This document shows positions 13,965 to 26,239 of a stretch of DNA of 64,000 bases, piece after piece. Position 1 is the stretch's first letter, and every line of letters begins with the position of its first letter. The position numbers and the translations under genes are program-made. This DNA comes from Octopus sinensis (taxonomy: Eukaryota): NCBI RefSeq assembly GCF_006345805.1, contig NC_043008.1, forward strand, positions 46,872,001-46,936,000, written 5' to 3'. Below the pieces are notes generated by a model that did no database searches, was not told the DNA's origin, and worked only from the letters and a program-made list of their open reading frames with translations.

Positions 13965-14175
13965 ATAATGTGACCGCGTCTGTATCGTTGGCGATTTTTT
14001 GCCTCCGTCTTTCCCTTCCTTGGATCCTTCCTTTTCTTGTGTTTCTGACGAAGAGCTCCGCTCGAAACGTTAAATCCTCCTTCTTTCTTTCCTTTCCCGA
14101 GCGTCCAATAATACTATCCTTGTTCCACGTCCTCGCGTGTTGTGTTTTCTCTTTGTGTTTTCTTGTTTGGGTTAC
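13965..14175 (+). mobile_element. (TA)n-bounded module with intact hammerhead core motifs
   Basis: CTGACGA-A-GAGC-TCC-GCTC-GAAAC at 14045-14068. Confidence 0.6.
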
Positions 14176-14180
14176 TTATA

Positions 14181-14230
<50 letters not shown>

Positions 14231-14234
14231 TATT

Positions 14235-14620
14235 AATTTTAATTCAGGATTAAATAGGAAGATAACAAACGGAAGTATAGTTCAATAAACGAACGGACAC
14301 AGGTGGAGAGAAAACATCGCAACCGATTCTTCGTCAGTTGTCGACCAGAGGAGTCAAACGCAAAATCAACCACTATCGATAATATTGCTTCCACTGGAGG
14401 CATCGACAAGAAACTTCCTGCCAAGTTTCTTGGCCAGACCAGTAAACCATGGTTTCTGGGTCTTTATCCTTCATCGGTACTGGACACCTGTCTGCAAGAG
14501 ATGGCAGCCAGTCGTTCCTACTCCCAATATATAAAGACAGAAGCGGCAGACAGCCGCTCATCCTGCAACGAACAAAGTAGCCAGTTGTAATATCTCTAAA
14601 CGAGATATAAGTAGTAAAAG
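14235..14620 (-). mobile_element. (TA)n-adjacent module with partial hammerhead-like core
   Basis: Minus strand GTC-GACAA-CTGACGA at 14331-14345; the GAAA box is degenerate. Confidence 0.4.
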
Positions 14621-14963
14621 TGCCAGACGTTAACGATTTTATTGGGGGGGGGCACTATAACAAGGTTATTCTATAAAGAAATACTACGTTTCAACCACAG
14701 GATAACGTCTTTAGCAGCAGGTCAATGACACGCAAACGGTGTCCGATATATTATGAGTAAGGGAGAGATTCACTCCCCTCCAGCTTAACAATCACAGATA
14801 AACACAGAGTAACATACTTCATTGTAGAACATGTTATTATGGTAAGAAAAAACGTCACTATATAATTGTGTGTTTGTTACTTAGATTCAGTTGAATTAGG
14901 TAATTAAATTGTGACACCTCGTTAGGTCGGAATAATATAAGGTAAATATCAAACTTGGTACAC

Positions 14964-15012
<49 letters not shown>

Positions 15013-15029
15013 TGTATATATATATATAT

Positions 15030-15129
15030 AGGGAGAATTCACACAAAAAATAAGAGACGAAGACAGGTGGTGTAGACAAAAAACAGATGTGTTAGTACAA
15101 CGCTCGTTTCGAGCCTACGGTCTTCCACG

Positions 15130-15130
<1 letters not shown>
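15030..15130 (-). mobile_element. Short (TA)n-bounded repeat, same family as 47110-47290
   Basis: Reverse complement matches taggctcgaaac and acaccacctgtcttcgtct...gtgaattctccctatata of the 47.1-47.3 kb copy. Confidence 0.7.
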
Positions 15131-15167
<37 letters not shown>

Positions 15168-15199
15168 ATTTTTTTACACCGCCGTTACCATCAGCTAAA

Positions 15200-15879
15200 A
15201 TGGAACTTTGAAAGCGCGATGTTCGAGCAATTTTGCTATTCAACTTCATAAAGGAACGTAAAGTATCTGAAACTGCTCGCAATATCAACGAAACACTTAA
15301 TGGGAAAATGACCGGTGAGTGGTCAGCTTGAAACTGATTTAAACGATTCCGCAGTGGAGAGCTGAGTCTTCAAGATGGTGAACGTAACGGCCGCCTTCTG
15401 TCATTGATGACGGTTAATTGAAGACTGTCATTGAGGAAGATCCACGTAAAATCATCGGAGAACTGGCAAAAGAACTTCTAGTCGTCCAGAAAACGGCCTG
15501 CAAGCATTTACATGCGACCGGAAAAAAGCTCGATGAATGGGCACCAAGCGGTTTGAATGAAAATAAGAAAATGCGCAGATATAAAATTTGCTCGTCGCTT
15601 CTTCTCCGTAACCATACAGATCCATTTGTCGACTATATTGTAACTTGCGATGAAAAGTGGATTCTGTACAAGAAAAAACGTTCTTAGCAGTGGTTGGACC
15701 AAGATGAAGCACCGAAAACTTCCCCTAAACCTGAGTTCTTGAAAAAGAAGGTTATGGTGAATGTTTGGTGGTGTACTGCTGGACTGATCCACTATAACTT
15801 ATTCAAACCCGAGAAAACCATTACGGCAGAAACCTATAGCCATGAAACTGCCAATATGAACGAAAACCTGCTACAAATC
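15200..15879 (+). pseudogene. Mariner transposase pseudogene (N-terminal HTH region to first catalytic D), cut by the assembly gap
   Basis: WAPSGL (WVPHEL-like), IVTCDEKWILY and KKVMVNVWW motifs; internal stops and frameshifts. Confidence 0.9.
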
Positions 15880-15979
15880 NNNNNNNNNNNNNNNNNNNNN
15901 NNNNNNNNNNNNNNNNNNNNNNNNNNNNNNNNNNNNNNNNNNNNNNNNNNNNNNNNNNNNNNNNNNNNNNNNNNNNNNN
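15880..15979. other. Assembly gap (100 N, true size unknown)
   Basis: Run of exactly 100 N. Confidence 1.
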
Positions 15980-16739
15980 CGAACCTTAAAGTTCAGCTAA
16001 GGATAGTCACATGTCAAAACAATCATGAGCAACAACTCAACAACACAAGGAAATCAAATGCCATTACCTTTAAAACGGCATCCGCTTTAACCGCAGCAGA
16101 ATCATCATCCCATTACATCTACTCATTCCAACCAGTTTGCCAACGGCCTCTCAGCAATAACACACGCTGAGAGACTCCGTGACTACTACGAAACTCAAGC
16201 CATACAAGAGTATTTGTAACGGTTTATGTGCATACAAACAGTTAAAAGTGTTAATACATTTCTACGGTGAATACGAACGCAATTCCAAAGTTTATACATA
16301 AATCTGAGAATTAGCAGAAGCTTAACAAAAACTATTTAATATCAGCTTATTATTCCTCCCTTTGTGAATTATAATAGGTGTTAATGGATCATTTCAACAC
16401 ATGAAATTTGTTTGCAATATAAGTCGCTATTAACGATTTCTTCTACGTTGATATTAATGATATCGAAATCAAAAACAGTATTCACACATACAACAAACCA
16501 ACCCTAGACGTACAGACAGGTGTGTGTGTGTGTGTGTGTGTGTGTATGAATAAAAGAACAAAAGAACGAGTTGCTCTTCACACATTCAGATGGAGTTACA
16601 AGTATTCAGGAACAGCTTGGCTCAGCAGTGAACATGTATGCATCCTCTCCTCAGACCGACGGACTCAGAACGAAGAAAGCGGAATGGACAGTATGAAACG
16701 TCTTTCTGGGGAGAATATAAGTACGTATCTTTGTCAAGG

Positions 16740-17060
16740 CAAGTAACGTGGATAATTTGAATGCAGAAGTCTTGAGGAAGTGGGAAGAATTGGCGCTACC
16801 ATGCTCTTTTGGACGGATAACGTATGTTAACTTGAAAGACAAAGTACAAATATATTCGGAGAGAATCTGGGCAGAAGATTGCAATTAAATGTTGCGTGCA
16901 AGAAATAAGATTGCGCTGATGTTGACATCTGATGATGACAGGTGTATAATGAAGTGCTGATTATTTAATCTGCAAGGAGCTTGCAGAAGTGGGAGATGCA
17001 AGACCACATAAAACGAAGTGGTGAATGTTGTTCTCATGAACTGGAACATCACGAAGGAGA
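16740..17060 (+). mobile_element. Decayed 3' fragment of RTE-clade LINE
   Basis: Peptides ML.W..NV..LERQST and KCCVQEIRLR.C.H..DDDRCIMKC resemble the RTE C-terminus (RRLRWYGHV). Confidence 0.6.
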
Positions 17061-17924
17061 TTACAAAACGTTGAGATCACCGGTTATATGCAGTCCACCA
17101 GGAGACCCACCAACATCAGCAAAACTGCCGTCCTGTCAATACAATTTGCGTATATACACACACAACTGGCTCTCGCAAGCAGTTTTCTTATTAAGGTATT
17201 CTACCACATATCACCTCCCTAATTGCAGTATTGCTGGGCTGTAATCAAATGTAAGCAGTACAACATAATTCACCATTTCCCTTGATACAGCTTTCTCTTA
17301 TTACACGGAATCGTTTCAGTTACCATCCAACATTTATGCTTAATACTGATCTCTCCACCCGCTGTTTACATTGTTTAACCATCAACTATATGTCATCATT
17401 TACATCATTCACCCGCTTACATCCTTAAAGTTGCTCTTTAACGTTCTTTTTTCTGCACTGACATAGATTTTCTGCTCCCGAAACATCCTCATCGGGCCTT
17501 CCACCTCCTATCCCCCATCCACTTACACCTCAACCCTATGCAATTCCTATTTATCACCTATTAATTCCAAAAGTCCTCTTAATCCTTATACCTCGTTAAA
17601 CCATTCGCCATCTTTTACCATTACACTCTCCCAATCCCTCTCCACACACACACTCCTCCTTTCCCACTTACCCCTCGCATCTGCTCAAGCTGACGACTCA
17701 GCATCACTTATCTATCTCCAGCTCCACCCTGGCCATTCCCACCTATTTTTCTCCAAAACGAATCCACACATTACAGAGAAGTCAGTGCGAGAATATTCAA
17801 AATATGTTCTGTTCCGGTTCGTTGTGTTATACTTTAAGCCTCTCATCTCTCAGCACAAGGCCGTTTTCCTATCAACAGTAGTACAGTCAGACTCTCGGCT
17901 TGTCTATCTGCCTCTCTCTCTCTC

Positions 17925-17961
<37 letters not shown>

Positions 17962-18061
17962 ATGTGTGTGTGTGGTGTATGTATGTATGTATATAAAAAA
18001 TCTCTGGGGCTACAAGCTACAGGGTTAGCCACATTAGTGGGCAAGAATACTGCACGATATA

Positions 18062-18102
<41 letters not shown>

Positions 18103-20045
18103 GTGTGTGTGTGTGTGTGTATGTGTGTATAACATAAAACGTATGTCTTTGTGTGCGTAAAATGCAATTTGTCCTTTAATTAATTCTCGTCGCCATGGAT
18201 GTAATTTTACATTATCTATATTGATAACATTTTATGTATAATTCGTGCGTCTACTCGTTTGTAGGTTCTTTTTCAACTCAGTACCGGCATATCTCGAAAT
18301 AATTGATTATCCAATCAATTTTATTTCCCCACACCAGCATTGAACAGTCATCTGTTTATTCAAGGATACATTCATCACAGTTTCTGCGAACGAACTAAAA
18401 TTTCTCTTCTGCTCATGATGAGATCATAATGAGGTCAGTCTCCGCTGATTCAAAAGACGAATATCTCACGAAACGTAAGCATATTATATTTGCAACAAAG
18501 TCAGATTCATGAAATTAAAGGGTTGTAAAGTAACAGTTAGTTTCTACAGCATTGCTTAAAATTGTGTTCTACCAACAGCGAAAGCGGGTGGGGATGGCTG
18601 TGTAGAGGTATGTAAAAAAGCGACAAAATTAATTTCGGGTAATGTACCTCAAACAGCGTGAATCATGTTACAATCATCTAAGGGTCAGATGTTTTTATTA
18701 AGCCGAACAATATTAAGTCTCCGAACAAAGAATAGGGATGTTCGACTCCACCGATGTCCATTCAGGACTCACTATGAACGTTCAACTTTTTAGGCAACAG
18801 AAGTCTCTTTAGGCAACAAGGGTCAAGGTATTGGAATCCTTTGATTATCCCCTTCTGTAACCCGTTAAATATTCATATTAGAGAGAAAAGAGTAGAGTTT
18901 TGTAAACTGATGTTGTAGCCGTCTTGTTCTGGATCAACAATGGAGGAACATACCGAAAGAAATTTCAAAGATTTTCGAAACTTCTTGGCATGATTTAACA
19001 ACATCTGGTCCTGATTTCTAGCAGATCGAATCGTCACCCATACTCACGCTTTTTCTACAATGTACTTCAACAAAATTTCCGCGTGAACTTCCAGTCTCAA
19101 TCTTCTCTCATTTCTCTCTCAATCCCATTACGTCATCTCTCTCCACTTCTTCCTCTCTTTTTCCTTCTGTACCCCCTCCTCTCTCTCTCCCTCTGTTCCG
19201 AACCCTTCAGTGCAGTGTTCTATGTTGTGCTATTTAGTTTCTTTGATACGTAGGCACAGATAAATTGCTGCTTCTTTCTGTGGCTGAATTTTTTCATTTA
19301 TTTACAGTGATTCCTTTAAAAGGAACAAAATTTGCCGGCAGTTTTGAATGTTTTAGGTTGGTCTTTTCCTCTTTCATATCTTTTATATCCACGACCCCTA
19401 GTATATCAGTTTATTATTCCACGTGATATCAGATTCTTACTCATATTTTGGCTGTTTCACAACACATTGTTGATATTTCTCAAACGTTTTCTTAATAGTT
19501 TCTTGTGAATACTAAACTAAAACATTTATTGCAGTTGGATCGCGACACATTGATGCTTAATAGCCAGAGTTTAAATCTATTTAGAACATCAAAGAATACG
19601 TGCTTGTGCTGAATTCGTCTCCATAGCGGAATACTGTAAGATCCATGGTGACATAATGGTTCTGTAATCCTTGAATAAAGTTTAGTGTTTTTGTATTGTT
19701 GCACTTAAATATTGTAAATCCTTAGTTCAATCAGAAAAACAGACATTAATTTTCTGTTTCTGAAGCAGACATCCTGTCCCTCCCAGACTCCACAGTATAT
19801 CGCTGTTCACAATGATTTTCATTTAGATTCTTGAGTCTAAATATCTCCATAACACAGGACCTCTATGGACATCCTGTTTTTGCCCCGAGATAGTCGGGAA
19901 TTTACAACGCTCAGATAAATTACTTGTTATGGTAATAATATGTTTGTTAACAACTATTATTTTTGTTTTATATATATATATATATATGTCTGTGTGTGTG
20001 AGTGTGTGTGTATATAATAAATATATATATATATATGTGTGTGTC

Positions 20046-20077
<32 letters not shown>

Positions 20078-20619
20078 TGTGTGTGAGTGTGTGAGTGTGT
20101 GTGTGTATATATGTATATATGCGTATATGTGTGTATAAAGAGAGAAAAAGCTGTTATTCACCCCTGAATCCGCCACGATTTGGAAAGTGATTGTACTTGA
20201 CATTATACGACATATATATGTGGGACGGGGTGCGTGTATGAGCGTGTGTGTGTGTGTGTGTCGTGTAATGCTAAGTCCAACCAGATTCAAAATCGTAGCG
20301 CATTCAGAGGTAAATAACAGCTTTTCTCTCTCTTTTGAATTACAGGTGAAACACTTAGGACTTTCATAAATTATTGTAAATTTCTCGTTATGCTTTACTA
20401 GTAACATGACTTTACAGAAGGATTTATCAACCTTAAATCCGCAACTGAATTATCAAACCATTCGTCCTGAGTGCCTGGTCTTTGATTTGAACTTCTCTGT
20501 TTCTACGATAGGAAGTTCCACCTTCACCACGAAATGTCAATGTTTGATGAAATTAAGTTTTGTATTCACATCTTTTGCACAAAATAAATTTACTTTAAAA
20601 ATTTCCATTCCATAGCAAT

Positions 20620-20820
20620 TGAATTTTCAAATATTCGTCTAGTTTTACCGTTTAATCTTTCATCTGTGTTTAAACTCAATTATTGCTGTCTCAAATTCTT
20701 GACGTCTCTTTTCAATTTCTTAATAACTCTAAGGTGATTTATCCCAGCTTTCCACTAGTTTGGGTCAGAAATGTGTTTTGTGGTCATTTTGCAAAATGTT
20801 AAGGATTTCTGCAAATTTAT
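20620..20820. repeat. Dispersed direct repeat, copy 1 (copy 2 at 22790-22945)
   Basis: Shared ttcatctgtgtttaaact.aattattgc.gtctcaaattct core and a shared ttttgtg.tcattt.gca.aatgttaag segment. Confidence 0.7.
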
Positions 20821-21344
20821 TCTAAAGTGGAAAAACCAGGACAATTGTATTATAATGTGATATGTTACAGAATATATAAATTATAAAAATGATAATCTCT
20901 GGCTACTGAAATAGCTTTAAGAAAAGCAAAAAGAGCGAGGTTGTAATCTGCATTAGAACGTTATTTCCTTTGGCATTATATTCCGTGATGAATTACGTAC
21001 ACTAGCCCAGAGTATGCAGCGGGGGTATCAAACAGGTTAGGTCATTTGAAACCCAGATATTATTTGGGGGTTATTACGGGCTGCTGTATTAACAACAGGG
21101 ATACTCTGGCATGAATGAGAAACCAGGGTTACTAGAAACTTGGTGGTATAGTAAAAATGTAATATGACTGATCGAAAACGAACATTAGTAGAGCAGAAGT
21201 CTTTTGTGAGAAATGTAAAATGGAAAGACTGTTTCGCTGGTAACATTCTGCAGGAAACGTGTGAGCAATGGTTAGTCAGCTAAATTTGATATATGAAGTT
21301 CACCGTCTTAACCTTCTCTGGGTCCATGCATAATACACACACAC

Positions 21345-21412
<68 letters not shown>

Positions 21413-21780
21413 ATAAGGAAATTATGACAGTATAGATACATATAACTATATATATATATATGTATGTATGTATGTAAGTATGTATGCATATGTATGTATA
21501 TTTTCGTCATAGTTTCCATATTTTAGTACTAATATTGAGAAATATCATTCGTTATTTGGAAGTATTTTCCTTATCTTTCTTAAGCTGTCAAACACTATTT
21601 GTGCCGTTTGTATAATTAACTTTTTCAAGACGAAGAGGTAAAATCGTTGACGTTTGCAATCGATATTCTTACGTATAATAAAACTATATATTTCGAAATC
21701 GATATTTTTAAGTATAATAAAGAAATACATTAGGTGTAATTTGCTGGTTAATTTCACATCTAGCTTTAAATTGCTTATCT

Positions 21781-21833
<53 letters not shown>

Positions 21834-22789
21834 CGACTTATCTGTCTATTAGGCAATATTTATCACCTTATTTTCTATGAGTAAATTGTATTAAGGAACG
21901 GTTAAATGCAGCGTTTTATATTTAATTTATAGTCCATACTCTTATATCTAATAAATATAAATTATGAATTGTATACGAATTTTTAAGCCCCTTTAAATCA
22001 ATTTTTCTCGCAAATATGTTTAAATATACACCTAAAAATATATAAAACATTTAGCCTTTAATTAATTGACTCACATAAACGTCCATAGATTTTTGCCGTA
22101 TGCCAGTTAAAATGATTTTTTTTTCATCTGAGAAGAAGGTAATAAAAATTAATGAGGCAGAAGTACCTGTTGCTGATAGTAACGCTACATGAAAGATGGG
22201 ATACGGGTGATGAGAATAGGAATAAATGGAAGACCCGTATTGTCATGAACAAGGGGACCTGCTGAAGAACAACATTGTTTGTAGACTCTTCCATTACATT
22301 AGAGGTGTTAGAAATGCGTGCAAATTTCATATATACATTACACATAGCTATATATTTCCTACATATGGTGAATAGTTTAGCCGCCACTCGCAAGTGAATG
22401 TGACACAGCCAGTAACACGCTTAAACAAAAGCCTGTGAAGCTGTGAGCAGAGATTGAAACACTCTCCGCCATCGTGCATTCCACTAGACTAGGTTTAAGC
22501 AACGGAAAACGAAGCTTTTGTGCAAGTCCATAATGTTCTAGCCTGTCTCGGAATTGAAACCATGATTTTATGACCTAGACGCTTAGATTCGCCTCTTCAC
22601 TGATGCTAAGCGTACATTAGTAATAAAATTGCTATGGAAAACTGATGCAGTTTGTGACACGTGAGAGTAGCAGAAAAACAAAAGCGGTGGATTACAAAAA
22701 AACTATGTCTTGTGCTGCTTTGTCACGTGTTTCCGTCGTGAGTTGTAAATCTACCTGACTATACAGCCTGTAGAAACTCTTAAATAATT

Positions 22790-22945
22790 CAATTTTCGAA
22801 TAATCTTCCAGTCTTCCGGTTTAATTTTTCATCTGTGTTTAAACTTAATTATTGCAGTCTCAAATTCTCGCCCTCTCTTTTTAAATTCATGGTGCTTGTA
22901 AGGAATTGTATTTTGTGATCATTTCGCATAATGTTAAGCGTTTCA
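22790..22945. repeat. Dispersed direct repeat, copy 2
   Basis: See 20620-20820. Confidence 0.7.
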
Positions 22946-23809
22946 AGAAAGACAATATGTATCACCAAATAATACGGATAATTTTAAAAGCAACGTCTCT
23001 TTTCCCAAACACAAGCTCTATGCGTAGGTTAGAAACAAATATTAACAAAATATAGTAGAACTGTAAACATTTGAGCGTATATGTCTGCTGGTATTTAATG
23101 ACATTTCTTTGATAGTTGATTTCTTTGACGTATTAAAGAGGAACCATTGCGACAAAGTCATGTGAAGGCTGTATAACATTTAATTTTAACTACGATGTCA
23201 CTCAGATATTACGTCATGAAAAATAATGATCAAAGTTGTGTACAATAAAACAGATGAATTTTGAAATGCTGCGTAACATCGCTTCATTGTTATCGTTATA
23301 TTGAATTATTTGCCACACTGGTCAGGTATTGCAGGTTGCAATCAGATGAAATTGGAAAAGTGAAAGCATGAAATCAATTGATATTATCGATAAGATGATA
23401 TTTATCAATGCACACAGAAAATGAATTTTAGATCGAATCGATCGGAAAAATTGTATCGAGAACCATATACAATCGCACACACATATGCAGTGCGCCTTCT
23501 TGAGTGTACACATAAATATGGATGTATATGTGCATATATATAGATTAATGTTTGTACAGGCGCATTAGAGTGATGTAGTTTAAATAATAATCTAAAAGTG
23601 GTTAATATAGAGATGATTGATATTTAAAGGAGACTTTCTAGTCGCGAGAAGCTTCATCTTGAAACCACCGCGTTTGAAAATATATTAATAACGTTGATTA
23701 AATTATTTGAAAACATGTTTAACTTTCATCATCTCATTTCTCAGTTTGCAACACACATTTGGATACTTCAATGTCTAAGTCTTTTTCTGTGTATATTTAT
23801 TTTGTAAAC

Positions 23810-24250
23810 TCCTGACAATGGAATTTACCATGCTACGCCAGACTTCACGGTCCATCATAGCATTACGGAGGTCCTGTTGCTGGATGCCTGTATCCCTGGA
23901 GATTACATCAGGGTTGGAGAGTGTGCGCCCTCTGGTATTGCGAGTAGATGGCTTCCAGAGGAGAAGAGTAGAAATTACTTCTTTTTCAGCTCTATAACAA
24001 TGTCCAGCAAACTGGACTCTCCTACCTTTCACAAGAGATGATACAGGTGGTAGTTACCCATATATTTGCATTTTGGTTGGATGGCGCTTCCACGAGAGAT
24101 TTTGAGCTCTCATAAGGAGGCGAGTGTAGGTTCCATCCAACCGCCTCTCAAGCTTCTTTGATAACACTGTAGAGAACATTGCTAAAGTATATTTTGTTTC
24201 CTGTGGAAATCGATGGTCAGACATAATTCTTGTGGACAATAATCCGAATG
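23810..24250 (-). mobile_element. RTE-clade LINE 3' fragment
   Basis: KLERRLDGTYTRLLMRAQNLSWKRHPT and RRVQFAGHCYR...DLRNAMMDREVWR, a typical RTE ORF C-terminus. Confidence 0.85.
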
Positions 24251-24293
24251 TCTTTGTATCTAGATGTTTATGATATGTAATTATAGTAATATA

Positions 24294-24660
24294 GGCGCAG
24301 GAGTGGTTGTGTGCTAAGTAGCTGGCTTAACAACCACATGGTTCCGGGTTCAGTCCTACCGTGCGGCACCTTGGGCAAGTGACTTCTACTATAGCTTCGG
24401 ACAAACCAAAGTCTTGTGAGTGCATTTGGTAGACGTAAACTGAAAGAAAACCATCGTGTGTGTGTGTGTGCGTGTGTTTGGCCCCCAACTTTGCTTGGCA
24501 AACGATGCTGGTGTATTTACGTTCCCGAAACTTGGCTGTTCGGCAAAACAGGACGATAGAATTAGGCTTAGAAGGTATAAGTCCTGGGGGCGGTTTGATT
24601 GACTATAGGCGATGCTCCAGCATAGCCGCAGTCAAATGATTGAAATGTGTAAAGAATAAA
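24294..24660 (+). mobile_element. Full-length CORE-type tRNA-derived SINE (family B)
   Basis: tRNA-like head (gtggttgtgtg, gggttcagtcc), CORE-like caccttgggcaagtgactt, internal (GT)n, tail ctccagcat.gccgcagtcaaatga. Confidence 0.85.
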
Positions 24661-24755
24661 TGAATATGTATATGTATATATATATATTTGTGTGTGTAAA
24701 TGGATGAATGAATTATCCACTGAATAACGCCTCCGTTCAACTCATTTTATTTACT

Positions 24756-24793
<38 letters not shown>

Positions 24794-24992
24794 ATATATA
24801 TTAATAATTAATAATTGTTAAATTTCTAAGTTATATAAATTAATTTATGTATTGGATTAAGTCTTTCTTTGTTTGATTTGCATAATAGTGGTTTTGTGTC
24901 TAATTTGTATAATATAATATTTTACTATAAATTGGATTCAATCCTAAATCTGATTTTTCCCTGTAAGTTTGGATTTATTCCCTAATATTTTT

Positions 24993-25035
<43 letters not shown>

Positions 25036-25539
25036 AACTCTGTTTTGTAATATTTTCCTTGTGCCTATTTCATATATAAATTTCGGTAATTGCCATTATA
25101 TTTCTTTCGAAAACCATTCCCTTCAGATTATTTTACCTATGTACAGTCGCTTGGAATTGTACACATGCATGTAAAATCCGCATATGTAAATAGATTTCGG
25201 TTAGATCTACATGAACATTTGCAAATACTGATAGCTTAACACAATTCTGTGATACATCTCAGGCATTTTAGAATATGTCGTATTTATATTTAATATTTAA
25301 TTAAGCTAGACACACACAAAAAAAGAGAAATGTTTAATTTTCTACGTTATAGATTCTACTCTGCTTGTCAAAACTGATAAATTTCATCGATTTCTTTGTA
25401 TGATGGATACAAACGTACTGGCCAGTAAGTATCAATTCAGAATAGTTCCGCAAACAGAATAGCAAATGGAATAATAATAAAAAAGATAATGCTAATGAAT
25501 ATATATGTATGTATATATGTCTATGTATGCATATGTACG

Positions 25540-25613
<74 letters not shown>

Positions 25614-25688
25614 GCTCTAATATCTATACAGCCTTATCTTATTACGCAAAAATTCTTAAGTGTATATATATATATATATATATATATA

Positions 25689-25996
25689 TCACCGTGATCG
25701 CTGTTACCGACCGTGCTATCAGAGGTTGCTGCATATCGCTGGTCACCATGCGCTTCGCATTGTTTTAGTCTTCAAATGACGTCACCCCGCTAGCTAAGCG
25801 AGCAGACCAACAGAAGAAAGAGTGAGAGAAAGGTGCGGCGAAAGAGTACAGCAGGGATCGCTACCACCCTCTGCCGAAGCCTCGTGGAGCTTTAGGTTTT
25901 TTCGTTCGGTAAACACCCACAATGTCCGGTCTGAGAATCAAAACCGTGATCCTACAACCGCGAGTTCGCTGCTCTAACCACTGGGCCATTGCACTT

Positions 25997-25999
<3 letters not shown>
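25689..25999 (-). mobile_element. tRNA-derived SINE (family C)
   Basis: Minus-strand head caatggcccagtggttagagcagcg...ggttttgattctc (A/B-box-like); flanked by (TA)n and (CA)n. Confidence 0.75.
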
Positions 26000-26085
<86 letters not shown>

Positions 26086-26190
26086 TAGATAGATAAATAT
26101 ATTTATATATATACATACATGTATATACATATAGTGTGTATACATACATATATGTATATTTACATATATATTCTTTTATCCTTTAATTTT

Positions 26191-26239
26191 TTTACTTTTT
26201 TCAGTCATTTGACTTCGGACATGCTGGGGCACCGCCTTT
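26191..26239 (-). mobile_element. 3' tail only of SINE family B
   Basis: Reverse complement ggcggtgccccagcatgtccgaagtcaaatgactgaaa. Confidence 0.7.

Noticed and set aside
15694-16170. 158-aa ORF spanning the N run
   Set aside because: Artefact of reading through an assembly gap
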